Below the pieces are notes generated by a model. It saw only the letters and a list, made by a program, of their open reading frames with translations, searched no databases and was not told where the DNA came from. From the NCBI RefSeq assembly GCF_018350175.1, contig NC_058382.1:59584001-59648000 (forward strand): a DNA stretch of 64,000 nucleotides. The letters are read 5' to 3'. Shown here piece after piece: positions 26,975-41,500 of the stretch. Origin of the DNA: Felis catus. Taxonomy: Eukaryota. The stretch's first letter is position 1; each line of letters starts with the position of its first letter. Both the position numbers and the translations under genes were made by a program.

Positions 26975-28524
26975 TGTAGCAGATCTGGAAAAACTCTGCA
27001 GCCAGCTCATCTTAGGATGGAAAGACTGTAAAACCCAAAACATGGACACAGCCCACAGGTGTCTCTTATTAAACACCTGGACTATTCGGGACGCTTAAAC
27101 AAACACTTCCCCAGGACGGCTGACACCGCCTGTGACTCATGTGACTTGTTCTCAACCAGTTCAGTCCACGTAAAGATAAGCAATCTCAGTGCCAACGGGC
27201 TAAGGGCTCTGACCCCAGTCTGCCTCCCACGACAGGCACCCACCTGCTGGCCAAGTGACACCCACTCCTGGGAAGGCCCATCTGTCACTCTCAGACACCC
27301 ACACTCCCTGCCCCGCCGCCCACGGATGAGACCAGGAGAGAACCCGTGAGCCTGACGGGGCAGTCACTGCCACCCCTCCCCAGACCTTGTCTAGTGTTTC
27401 TGACACGTCCCTGCTCCTCCACTAATACTCCACATGCAGGCCTGGCCAGCTCAGGTTCCCGAGCCTCTCCATCGCCACCGGGCGGACGGTGACGGTGTCG
27501 CTGGCAGAGGACGCTGACTCATGAGTTCCAAACCCCGCCAGCCTTGGGGAAAGGGCCTTCTTTGCAGAGGACGCTTGTTCCTCTGCAAAGTCCCAAAGAC
27601 ACCCTTGTGTTTGCAAGCCCTTTCCAGCCAGAAAGACAAAGTCAGAGCCTCACACGTGTTACACACTCATTTTATAAACACAGGGCAACAGTATACATGG
27701 CAGTGCCTGGACTTCTAACAACCAATCGATTCTTTTTGGCAAGGTACCAGTGTCTATCCAATTAAATATGGTCGGGGGACATCTTTATTCGATGCTTTCT
27801 GGGTACCAGGGTCACTTTCTAGCTTACTTTTTTAAGGTCACAAAGACGAAGTCTAAAAAATGTTCCCCTATGATGCACCACTGTCCTATACCCTTTTCTG
27901 CTTTGCTAACCAGAAAGCAAAGGTTTCTCTGTAAAGCACCATATGAGATTCAACTTGCAAAAACACAGAGGACTATAGTCCTTTCAATTGGTAAAGCAGG
28001 GAAAAAAGATAAAGGTTTTCCCCTCAAATTTTGAAATCCTGCTGCATGTACCGGAGGGGGGCTGGCCTCCCCTTCTCGCGGTTAAGACACGTGCGTTTCT
28101 ATTACAGGAACAGTTCACTGACCTGCCCATCCCACCACCAAAACCAGTGGGCTAGGATCTGCTTTACAAGTAATCATAAAATATCCCTGAAGCCAGCCTT
28201 ATAACGTACAGCTTGCCCATTTCACCTCTTCCTAAGATGACCTTCCAATTTTAACCATATTTAACAAAAGCCACGTTGCTCATATTTTGCATCAGCATAT
28301 CAGATAGGACAGAAATTGCATTTTCTTCTGATTGCAAAACCAGAATTAAATATTGGTTTTTAATTTCCCATTTCTGTCAAAAAGATCATACGTTATTGGA
28401 AACAGATTATTTCTAATCATGACAGAATCTAAACCCACTTTAGACTTACCACAGATCAAAATATTGCCCAAATATCGTTCTATGTGTCAAAAAAACTTAC
28501 CATCAAGGGAAGAAATGGGCAAAT

Positions 28525-28622
28525 TATACATACATATATAATATATATATATCTTAACTGTATATATTATATATATATTTTATATATCTTGTTATACATA
28601 TATATATATATAATACATATAT
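28525..28622. repeat. Degenerate (TA)n low-complexity tract
   Basis: Directly visible. Confidence 0.85.
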
Positions 28623-30284
28623 CTTAAATTCAAAACCTGACACCAGCAGGTACTGAGCTGAATGATATGAAATCCTTATGTCTGAATATTTACAGCTCAG
28701 TGTGGGAGGGGAAAAACACACGCATTCTAAATCTGTCTTTTGTTATTATTTAATTATTCTGATTAAGAACTAGGGTGTGAATGTGGACCTCTAAATTCAC
28801 CAACTAAATGGTGAAGTATTAACCAAGAAAAGCCTCGTCAGGGTCAAAGGCAAAATAACGCACTTGGCTTCGCCCTCAGAACTCCGAGAAGTGATGACTT
28901 ATTTATAGCCCCACACGTAAGTTACTGCAGGAGGCCTGCAGCCTAAGGAGTGATGATGCATCAAAAAGTGTTTACCCTGGCCCTGGCCTGTACCCGCCCT
29001 GGAGGCCGGGCTTGGTTTGATCCCATTCCTGTAAGCCAGCCAGTTGTTATGTGCGAACCCCAAAATTAGGAGCTCAGGCTTGGCTTCTCCCTACCAACCT
29101 TCTTTCACCTGCCCAGAGAAATACCACTAGAAAATATTGGATCCAACGGCTCCAATAAGCAGCAGACTAGAAAAGCCAAAGTTCTATACAAATAACTGAT
29201 TTATTGCTAGGACACTGGAACTTGTGAACATCTCACCAAACATTATAGAGAGCTACCTCGTTTTCAGTTCCCAGTGCTACCCCCGACCCTCCCCCCTTGC
29301 AAAATCATCCTATCATTTTAAACATGCAGGCATTGTCTGCACCCTGAAAGTCAATCATGGCCCTAAATCCTATAAAGCAAGAAAACACAGGTGTATGGTA
29401 TCCTCCTTCCCACTCCCATTTTTGTGAGTTGTTTTCTGTTCTGGAAAATCCAAGCAAAAGATAGAAAGCAAACATGTAAACATGCAAATTCACTAATTAG
29501 TCTCACCCACCCAAGACACTAAAAAACGGAGGCACCATTAAACTCCTGTCAGGGCTTGACCAGACCTGGAGGTTCCATTCACGAAACCTGAGGGGACAAG
29601 GACAACTCACCTTCTCAGCCAGCCTGAGATCCAGCCTCCTGATCACCAAGGCTGGGAGTACTTTGGTTTTTACCTAAATAGACCTGGCACTTTGGCCTTA
29701 TGAACACTCACCTTAACCAAATGTCTAGTCCAGGAAAGAAGAACTTTGGGAATTAAGAGAAGTGAAATCAGGCCTGTCTCATACATGACTATTCTTATAC
29801 GTGTATATGTATTTCAATCACAATTCGACTAACGCTATGACACATCTAGGTATACCATATAGGATTGCCAACAGTCCAATGTTTGACATAAATGAGCTTG
29901 CCATTCAAGCTACCAGAATGAACTACTGAAATCAAAGACCCAGCTGCCAACCATCTTCATAACCTTGAGATGAAAATCATTACTTAAACCCAAAATTCAT
30001 GAATTTGATTAACATGTAACTTTCACAAAAGTCATTATAAATGAAGTTAAATTGCAAATGACTATAGCCTACATGAAAATGTTTTACAATATAGTAAACA
30101 GAAATTGATCCAGGTGAAATAAATTAAACCCACAAAATAGTAAGAAAAATAATAGGGGAGAAAATGGGCAAGAAGGATAGGCAAACAAGAGAAATCCAAA
30201 CTGCCAATAATTATTTTTTTAAATGTGCATCCTTACTAGTTATCAGGCACATGCAAATTAAAATAAATAAAAATGCATCGTTCA

Positions 30285-30423
30285 GGGGTGCCTGGGTGGC
30301 TCAGTTAGTTAAGCACCCAACTTCTGATCTTGGCTCAGGTCATGATCTTACAGTCGTGAGAATGAGCCCCACAGGGGCTCTGCGCTGACCGTGCAGAGCC
30401 TGTTTGTGATTCTCTCCTCTCTC

Positions 30424-30479
<56 letters not shown>

Positions 30480-30540
30480 TCTTTGCCCCTCACCAGCTCA
30501 CACGCTCTCTCTCAAAATAAATAAATAAACTTCTAAAAAA
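30285..30540 (+). mobile_element. Can-SINE with expanded CT tract
   Basis: SINE head ggggtgcctgggtggctcag; CT repeat 30411-30475. Confidence 0.9.
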
Positions 30541-31220
30541 TGGATCTTTCAGATTAGAAAGAATTTGGCAGATACTGGATTAAATGGGATAACTTAAAAT
30601 AGCTAGACCAGAAATGACTGCAACTTTGTAATGATGCATAATGAACATTTGTATTTCATCTTTTGTGACTTAACCTGTCCATGCTCTAGTGACAGGTGTG
30701 AAAGCAGCTAAAATCAAGCCCAGAAATAACTGGGCAGTACCTAGCAAAAGTGCAAATCGCACAGCCCACTGCCCCAGCAACACTACTTCTGCGTGTATGT
30801 TATCTGCATTCCAGGAAACGTGTTGTTCACTGTATGCTATATATAGTAGAAGAAAGAAATAAAAATAAGAGAAGCGACAAAGTGTGGTCTCTCCAAATGA
30901 GCCACCACACAGCATTTGAAAAGAGTGAACCAAAATTAAATGTATTCACATGGACAGAACTTAAAAACAGAAGTTCACAAGGGGAAGAAAAGCAGATGTA
31001 CGATACTCACAGATGATATATTTCTAAAAACTAAACCACCACAAATGTTACATTTGGGGACAATGTCCTAGCATACGCCATATACAGATGTATATGTCCT
31101 ATATACACTAGTAAATTAAGCCTATGACAGCGGCTGCTTCTTGGAGTAGAAAGGGCAGTGCTGACCAGAAGGGACGACTTTGAGTATCAGCTGAGATGTT
31201 TTCTGTTAAAAAAGGTCAAG

Positions 31221-31432
31221 AGGTGCCTGGGTGGTTCAATCCCTTGGGTTGATCATCTGACTCGTGCTTTTGGCTCAGGTCATGATCTCACAGTTCCTGA
31301 GATCAAGCCCCGCGTCTGGCTCTGTGCTGAGGGTACGGAGGCTGCTTGGGATTCTGTCTCCCTCTCTATCTGCCCCTCCTCTGCTCTCTCTCAAAATAAC
31401 TAAATAAATAAACATTTAAACAATCAAAAAAA
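31221..31432 (+). mobile_element. Can-SINE
   Basis: SINE body and tail. Confidence 0.85.
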
Positions 31433-31519
31433 AATTTACAAAGGTAGAGGAATCAAAAGCAAATATAACAAAAGAATTAACATTTATTGGGGGTGACTAG
31501 GAATATGCCTGTTTTTCCA

Positions 31520-31722
31520 TTTTATTTATTTATTTATTTTTTGAGACAGAGAGAGACAGAGCGTGAGCAGGGGAAGGGGAGAGGGAGACACAGAATCTGA
31601 AGCAGGCTCCAGGCTCTGAGCTGTCAGCACAGAGCCCAATGCGGGGCTTGAACCCACAGACTGTGAGATCGTGACCTGAGCCGAAGTCGGACGCTCAACC
31701 GACGGAGCCACCCGGGCACCCC
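31520..31722 (-). mobile_element. Can-SINE
   Basis: Reverse-complement SINE flanked by cctgtttt(t/a)ccattttt repeats. Confidence 0.9.
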
Positions 31723-33449
31723 CTGTTTTACCATTTTTATCTTTTTTTTTTGTTTAATTTCTCAAAATGAGAACTTTCCCAGTTAGCCTTCCTTCTACCA
31801 CATGGTCTGCTGTCCCAGGAAAGCTGAACTGAGAAGCGCCCCAGCAGGAAGGGACTGCATAGTCCTCTCTCTGTCCCAACTACCTTCTACAACCACATCA
31901 GGACTTCCTATATTTCCATTAGCGACTCTAGCAATTCACCCTGAACTCTATCCTCAGTGAGTTTTGCTCTGTGGCATACCTTTGAGTTTTTGATTACACA
32001 AAAGTCTTCGCTACTCTCTGTTTCTAGAGTTGAGCTAGCCACATTACAATTCCCTAGAGACAAACCCATCGGAAAGCACCACACTGGTTTGGCTGACGGA
32101 TGGACAAACTTCTCAAAGCACAATGGAACACCTGTGACCAATCTGGGTCTTACAGGTGTACAAAAAGCAAAACAAATGAAAAGACAGAGTTCAGAGAGAA
32201 AGAGAAAGGGGAAACTTTCTTTGCCTCTACTTTAAAATCTCAAAAGAAATGCACTTGCCACATATAAGACAAAAGGTGAATACTGCTAATACTTGGAGAG
32301 TTCTTACAAATTTGTCCTTACAAAAATAGACTGTCTTAAGAGACAAAAACAAAAACACACAAATAAGGAATCACAAGACATGAAATACAATGGCCAAGAG
32401 GCCCCATAATAGAACATTACCATTTAGGGGGTGAGAGTTTCACATGCATCATCTCATTTAACCCTCAACGTGACCCTAAGGGAGCAGCATTTCCCAAATA
32501 CCTGGGAAGGCGAAGCAGCATGTCCAAGATCTCACAGCATATAAATAGAGCCTGAACCGCTGAGTAAAAATCCAGAGCCCTGACCACTGAACATTACCGC
32601 AGAGATATGACTGACTGACCCCCTTGTTGGGGGGAGGGGTGGGGGTGGAATCTGGGGAAAGAGGTCTTCTCAGGCACCCTCTGGGGTGGGAGGGGGTGCA
32701 AATTCCAACGGCTGGGCAGTGGGTGTCTATGTGCCATCAGTGTGTTACACTCCACTACCCACAAACGTGCTGCGAGGACGTGCACCCTAACAAGACAATC
32801 GCAGAGGTCCTAAAAGACACATGGACATATAAATTGCTACAGTATCTGCTTAAAAGCAGCCCTGACAAGCACTGTTTATGACCAGGAAAAACTGCAAACT
32901 CAGAAGTCGACCGGTAAGGGACTAACTAGTCTCTGTGGCACGTGCACGCAGAGACATACCACGAAGCTTTTTCTATACTAAACTGTCTCTAGAAGAATAT
33001 ACATGGTACGATCCCATCTAAGTAAAAATGTGTACAGGACTCTACATGTGCATACGGAGAGACGTTTTCCAAAATTGTAAGAATGGGTTATCTTTGATGG
33101 CAGGGATCTCTGATGATTTTTAATTTCTCCCTTCTGCCATTCTGCATTGTCTGGATTTTTTTCTCACCTATCCTTTTTACCAAAACATGACACCTCACTG
33201 AACACCTGGCATCTGTCAACGTTCAAACGTTGTCCAGAGACTCTGGAACTCTGGATTAAGTAAACCCTTCCTCCTGGGATTTGTTACAAAACTATTCGCC
33301 ACCGTCATTACAGTGCAAACCCTCGCTCCACCTGCCCCTCCACAGACCCGCCCCTAAGGAGACCCTCCACACTCCCCGGCTCGGGCTGCTTCCCCAAACC
33401 GTTCGACTTCACCCCCTTCGCTCTGCTCAGCTCCGCCCCCCGAGGCCTG

Positions 33450-34700
<1,251 letters not shown>

Positions 34701-36113
34701 GGTGCAAACTTGTCTAGCGCCCGAAACCGCCCACGTAAACGAAATAGAACCCCGATTGTGCCAATCAGCCTCCTTTCTTTTATCTAAAAATTGACATTCA
34801 CTCATTTCTTCCTTTATCGCAATGAAAGGGGAAATCATGCTAGCTGCTGAATCAAACACCGACTCCTGCATTGTCCTAACTGGTCTTGTGGTTCCGCCCT
34901 TAGTTACCTTGTTTACTGTGCTCCAGGGCACGTGTGTTCTAGAAGGCGGGGCCCAACTGGAGAGAATATCCAAAGCCTTCCCGTGACAGTGGCTTACCTT
35001 AAATAGCTCACAACAATAAGAAACTGTAGTTATTAGTTGTTTCCAGAGTCAGGCCCCGGGGGTGTGGGTGTGGTTACAGGAACCGCTCTACAACAAAGCT
35101 GCGAACCCTGCTGGGACTGCCCAGGGTCTTAAGGGACGCCAAGAATCCCCTGGCCACCCCACTGTTTCTGGGAGAGCTTGAGGTCTTGCTAGTCAGATAG
35201 AAAACTAATGACCCTGCCAGTTTCCACCATTCCTGACTGTTCACTATCACCTCTGTAGAGCAGTCTCAAGGCCAGAAAGAGGGCTGCCTCCCCTGGTCCC
35301 TGGAATCTGATAATAGAGGAAGTGCATCTTCTAACAAAAATAACTAAACAGTAAGTCATGGTTCAAACCTTGGGTACCTGCAACTGAAAAACAACACCCA
35401 ACTGGCCTTTCCATCTAGACTGCTTTTCAGTCTCCACGCTGGCATTACAACTCTATTCTTTCAAATAGTAACACGTGAGCCAAAGCAGACTCACTGTGGC
35501 ACTCACCTATGTAAAGGTATTTAATGGCCCCAATGATTCCTTACCACACCATGCGTAAATCCCGGTCTGGCCTTGTGGCCTGTGCCCACACCCAGCTCTT
35601 AGGGGGAGCCCTCTGATAATTCAAAGCTCACCAGCCTAGTTAACATCTCTGACTTTGCTCAAGCTGTCTCCTCTGCCAGGAAGACCCATCTCTTCTGTCT
35701 GTGCCATTAAAGAGCCACCCCCCCCCCTCAAACTTGTCCCCAAATGGCATCTCCTAGGAAGGAGCACCATCACATTGTTTTACCATAAACACTTGCTTCC
35801 TTTTGTACCAATCTCCTTAGATGTATCCCTTGTCATGTGATATATACACCAACACACATCATCACCCAATGAATGTTTACTGAATGTTTCTTGAATGAAA
35901 AAATGAAAAAAACTGGCTACAAGACTAAAAAGAAACAGGAACCACACAGATTTAGAGAAACCTGGTGGGTCACCATTATGATCCAAGGTAGGAAGTATTT
36001 CAGCAAGCAGAAATACGTGATAAACTTTTGCAGAATGCCTGACTAGCCTACGTGCTATGTTTGGCATGGCTCCATAGCTTCTAAGGCATAATCTTTGCCA
36101 CTGTTACATTTAG

Positions 36114-36146
<33 letters not shown>
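36114..36146 (+). repeat. (GTT)n microsatellite
   Basis: About 11 units. Confidence 0.9.
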
Positions 36147-36148
<2 letters not shown>

Positions 36149-36748
36149 TTCTAAATCTATCTACCCCTTCCCATAGGCAATTTTCTCCTAGAGGAGCTTA
36201 GAGTTGTACTAACGTACAAAATAATTTTGTTAAATTCCCATCTTTAGAAGAATGGTGAAACTATTCTGTTTAGAGTGTGGATTTGGTAACTGGACAGTTA
36301 GGAAGGCCTAGCTATATCCGTGTATCCTTGAGGGCAGGACTAACAGAAGGTTGTATACGATAAGCCACCCCAACACGTGCAAGGACTGAATTAGTGCTAA
36401 CCAGAATAGAAAGAAACATTTGGCTGTGGGAGCTTGGGTAACCCCTGTTGGCAGAAAGGAACCCAAGAGGAAAGTCTGTGGATAGCAGATAACTAATACA
36501 CATTGAACAGGAAAAGTTTTGTATGTCGTGAACACTTTCATCATCCCTTATACAGAAATGTATCCCATACAAAGAACACTAAGGAGGACATGTTCATATC
36601 AAAATGAGATAAAAAACAGATAAAATAGATCATTTGTTTTAACACTGGGATGAGACTATAGTGATGAGTTCTTTGTTATAGAGAACTGATAACATCTAAG
36701 GAGATAAGTAGATTACAGAGCAGGATTATTGTTTTCATTGGTTGCCCC

Positions 36749-36975
36749 AGGGGGAGCCTGGGTGTCTCAGTCCGTTAAGCTTCGGACTTTGGCTCAGGTC
36801 ATGGTATCACTGCTTATAAGTTCGAGCCCTGCATTTGGCTCTGTGCTGACAGCTTAGAGCCTGGAGCCTAATTTCGAATTCTCTGTCTCCCTCTCTCTCT
36901 CCTCCCCTCCCCCGCTCACACTCTGTGTGTGTGTGTCTCTCTCTCTCAAAAATAAATAAACATTAAAAAAAAAAA
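36749..36975 (+). mobile_element. Can-SINE
   Basis: SINE body and tail, flanked by tggttg(c/g)ccc repeats. Confidence 0.9.
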
Positions 36976-39339
36976 TGGTTGGCCCAGAAGTCCTAGAAAG
37001 CAGTATTTCTTGGACCTAAATAAACTGTTAGCTTTACCCACGCTGGTTCTCACAATCCAGATTTGAAAATGGAATCTTACTCCCCTGCTCAGAAGAAACG
37101 AAGTGATAGAAAGGGGAAATATTCAAAGGCCAAACAAAAGGTTCACAGTTTAAAATAAGAGGGTGCATAGACTCTCAACAGATGCCTCCCTTAAGAGTCC
37201 CATATATGGGCAAAAGCTGGAAAAACATCAATCCTTCAGAATTTACGAATAATCAAACAAAAAAACCCGTGGAGCGCCGAATCAGCTGTCCATGGCCCTT
37301 TCAGAAATAATGTTAGATCATGAGAGTGATTTATGATGGCTTTCCTGCATGCACTCGCTTGCTGATTTCTGAAGTTGTCTGTCACAGACAGCTTCCCGGG
37401 AAGAGGAAGCACGCTGCACGCGGTGCCTCTGGTGGCTGCTGACAGCGGCTCCCGGGAGCCAGCGAAGACACTCCTAAACACTGCGATCCATTGAGGGTCA
37501 ACTCCAAAATCCTCCTGACTAAATCCTTTCTGAGAATAGCTCCTGGGCTTCTCTTGAGCAATACTTGTTTGTTTACTTGTTCTAAAGAGCAAAGAGATGA
37601 CCCGGGAATGATGGGACAACTGGCCAATGAGTGCCCAGACATCCTCCAGGCCGGAGTATCTCTTCCAATCAGAAAGAAGAGAGGTGGGACGGGCCGGGCA
37701 GGCCTGAGGTGCTGAACAACTTCTTGGTGTGACTCGTCCTCCATGTTGTGTGTGGCAAAAACAAGGTCTCCTACCCTGCGGTTAATGTTTCAGGCCTCAT
37801 TTAACAGATTCTTAGACATAGCCGGACGGCATGACTTACAGCCACGTTACATCACTAATGCTGGGGGCATCATGTTCAATTTTTTAGCGGTGACCTTATT
37901 TCCTCCACAATTATGGTCATTTCATGTCATAGAAAAAGGAATAGGGTCGGAGTTATTTAAAACTGACACCATCTGGCTTGCTAGAATAATTCTATAATTT
38001 AAAAGCACCATGAGATTCCTGGAGAAAGCCCTGAATAAATTTAAATGAAACGTGTTCCAGTTTTTCCACTTTATTTGGATTATCTTAAGAAACGGTAATA
38101 TTTATATTATTCTTTTAAAAATAAATCATACTCTGATTATATTAACTAGCATAATATAATTCATGAATATTAACTTACCACTCGGAAAATTGGTCACTAC
38201 ATCAAACTTTTAAACCGCAATCTGAGGGCACATGAAATTTTTCACATATACTCAAGCACACTTGTTTTCTAAAGTTACACTAGGTTACATTATCTGTATG
38301 TTAAAATGAATCAGTAAATTTTAGATATGATTTAATATTAATTATATGAATATGGTATTCTTACATGGAGACGATGCTTATGAGACACCTTTCCGTGCCC
38401 ACTGCCATGGATGATTTTCTGAGGCACACGTAGCGAGATGTGGTTTTAGCTGCAAGTAGGAATTCAAGGTTAGGGAGGACTTAAGCAGTCACCGTAAATG
38501 TGGACTTCAGTACTTGAAAATCACAGAGTGATCCTGAAGCATCAGTAGCTGGGCCCTAGAAGTCTATCCCTGTGGCTGCAAACTCAAGGCCTGGGGTAAT
38601 TCGGTAAAGCTTTATGGATGCCTAAGGGACTAGGGAAATATGAAACTCTCCTTCCCTTCCCCCACCTCCATATGCCAGATATTGATTTTTTTTTTCCCTC
38701 TTGCATTTGGGAACAGTTGTCCAGCAAGAGAACAAAAAGTCCATTTCTTACAAAATAGCAATTAAGCCAAGAAAGCAACTCACCAGTCAATATTTAAAAA
38801 AAAGAAAAGAAAAAAACATTCAAGAAAAGCAGCATACAGTCCACACACTCTTTTAAGACTTCAACCCCCATCACTACGCTTTTGTGTGTAGGTAGGTACA
38901 TAACAAACGCTTACTGGATTTCTTTCTCCATTTTTTCACGGAATAAATACAAAGCAGCCAAGACAGTACACTTGGAGCTTGAAGCCTTCCTTTGGAACTT
39001 TGGAAACCAGATAGAATGTTTAAGTGGTGTTTATTCGGAGGTTTTTCAAGGTAAAGGACTGTGACAAAGGAGAAAAAACCTGGGGCAGAAAGCGACGCAT
39101 GCACAAATGCCCTGTTGTCTAGTAAACAGCAGCGGGAATGAAGAGCTACAACTAACATCGTTGTCCTGGGCTTGGGAAAGAACTATACAAGGATCTGCGC
39201 CATGTTTGGCTTTTCTGAAAGGAAAGCAATCCCAGCTATATTAAGACCACATCGAGGAATAGATTTTAGTATGTTTTATGCGTTTGCATAGTAACGCATG
39301 TAGCACAGTCCACTCCACCAAACGCGCACTTAAGAAAGG

Positions 39340-41500
39340 CTTCGAAGCGTTCAAAGTACGAGATGCCGACTGCAGCGCTGTGCGCACCCGTGCACGTCCC
39401 GCAGGCGTGGGCACGCGCGGGCAACCCGCGCCCCGCGGGCCCTCACCCCGCGCCCGGCGCTCTCAGCGGTCACTGCGCGTTCACACAGGGCTCCCGGGCT
39501 CGCGGGGGCGCGCGGCGGCTCGGAGGGCCCTTCCTCCCCGGGGCCAGTTCCCTAAGCGCTCGACACCGACAGGTGCCTGATCTGGACCCTGCCAGACCCG
39601 TGGCGCAGCGGCGGGTGCACGGAGCGACTGCATTTTCGGGTCAGAACTTGGTCAGAGACGCGGCACCAAGCGAGGCGGGCTCAGTCGGAGAAGCTGGGCC
39701 CCGCGGGACTTGGGCGCGGGAGACGCTCTGACGCGGGGGCTACGGGGCCAAGACGCGCGCCCCCTCCCGCGAGCGCGCCCGGACCTCCACACCCCGCCCG
39801 GCACGCGCGCCTGCGCACGGAGGGCTTTCCGCTGCGCGCGCGGCCCCGCTTCCGCCACGCCCGCCATGGCGGCTACGGCGGCCGGCCCTGGCCCCGCCCC
39901 CTGGGACGCCGCACCGGTCACCTGACGCGGCTGCGGCCTGAAGAGACACAAGGGAAGTCGCTGTCGCCACAGTCGGAGTCTCCGCCGCCGCCGCCGTCTG
40001 GAACAGCCGGGACCCTCCGCCTCGCCTCCCGCGCCATGCCGTCGGAGAAGACCTTCAAGCAGCGCCGCACCTTCGGTGGGTGCCGCGGCGGGGGGCCGGG
40101 CCCGCGGAGGGGCTGAGACGGGGAGCGTGGGGACCCAGGGCGGCCAGAGTCGGCGGCGGGGGCTGACGGAGGGCCGGGGGGTGAGGGGGGTCCGGGCCGG
40201 TGCCCGGGGGCTGACAGCGGGGCCGGGGCTCGGGGGCTGAGGGGGTCGGACCCCGGAGGGCCGACGGAGGGTCGGGGGCTGATGCAGGTCTGAGGGAGGC
40301 CGAGGAGGGCCGGGGCCTGAGAGGCGTCGGGACCTGGAGAGCTGAGGGGGACGGGGCCTGGAGGGCCGACGGAGGGCCGGGGCCCGGGGGCTGACGTCGG
40401 GCCGAGGGGGCCCGGGCCCGCCAAGGGGCTGAGGCGGGGACCCCGGGCGGCCAGAGTCGGCGGCGGCCGAGGCGGGAGCTGGCGGAGGGGCCGAGGGAAG
40501 GCCGGGGAGGGCCGGGGGCCGGGGGGCGTCGGGGCTGGCCGGGGGCTGGGGGGAGGGACACCGGGCGGGACGCGCCGGCGCGGAGCTGCTGAATCACCTC
40601 TTGGCCCTTCGCGGCGGCGGCGGCCCGGCCGCGGGCACCGCTGTGCAGCAGCCCTCCGGTGCGGGGGGGGGGGGGAGGGGAGGGGTCGCCGCCCCGAGTG
40701 TGAAGTGTCATGCCCGCGGGGGCGGCCGGCCGGCCCGGAGGCCCGTCTGCGACAGGTCCTTTGAAGGGGTGGCATTAGCGTGCGAGTGAATCTCGTCCAG
40801 GTGAAGCCGGATCACACGTGGTCGCTCACAAACGTCGGGTCCCCCTCGACGGAGGGGCTGTGGGCCGCGGAGGGCCCCGGAGGCGGGCGGCGGAGACCGG
40901 GCGTGGCGGCGCGTCCTGACCCCGTTCGCGGCGGGAGAGGGGGCCAGCGGCTCGCGCCCCCGCGGCAATGGGGACGCGGAACCGACGGGTGCTCCCCGAG
41001 GCCAGCACGTCCCGCGCGGACGACGTGGCCCCCCCTCCGGCCGTGCGTTCGTGGGGCTGTTGGCAGCGGCCGCGGCCGTGCGGGCAGAGGGGGCCGCCGC
41101 GGGGCTCGTGCGTGTGCCCCGCGGGCCTCCTCCGCAGGGTCTGCCCTCCGTAGAGGGCCCGCAGCTCTCCGGGAGGCGAGCGGCGCGCCTGGGTCTGTGG
41201 CTGTCGTTACGGACAGTCGTGAGCTCCTGCCCCTGCGAAGCCGCGCTCCGCGCTCGGGGAAGCGCCCGCCAGGCCGTGGCTCCGTCTGCAGAGGCGGCGT
41301 GTCCGTTAGCAGGACTTAGACGTGCCTTTCCCGGCGGGGATTTTCTCACTCACGACCTTCGCGAGCTCTTCTGCAGCCCCGAGAGCAGCGTTGGAAGCAG
41401 ATTCCCTCTGGTATCGGGCTTCCGTCCCCACCGAGTCTTGCATTTATTTTGAAGCTAACGGGGGGGGGGGTGGGGGGGTGGTGGCTGGCCGGCGCAGTGG
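39340..41500. promoter_or_regulatory. CpG island / promoter of MAP1LC3B
   Basis: CpG-dense, spans exon 1. NRF1-like CGCGCCTGCGCA at 39806-39817, GC box CCCCGCCCC at 39892-39900, CLEAR-like GTCACCTGAC at 39917-39926. Confidence 0.9.
40036..40075 (+). CDS. MAP1LC3B: MAP1LC3B coding exon 1
   Basis: cgcgccATG, encodes MPSEKTFKQRRTF, donor G|gtgggt; lies in a CpG island. Confidence 0.98.

Noticed and set aside
28286..28294. ATF4/CEBP CARE-like motif TTTGCATCA (others at 14719 and 48825)
   Set aside because: A few matches to this degenerate 9-mer are expected by chance in 64 kb; unsupported without ChIP or conservation data.
28891..28960. Two GTGATGA (C-box-like) motifs suggesting a C/D snoRNA
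   Set aside because: They are on the strand opposite the host transcript, with no properly placed CTGA D box or terminal stem.
37382..37744. 120-aa minus-strand ATG ORF between the two promoters
   Set aside because: No recognisable family; length is within chance expectation. The region is more plausibly regulatory.
39918..41452. Many long Pro/Arg/Gly-rich ORFs in the MAP1LC3B CpG island (similar ones at 33471-34640)
   Set aside because: Stop-codon depletion in CpG islands; low-complexity products.
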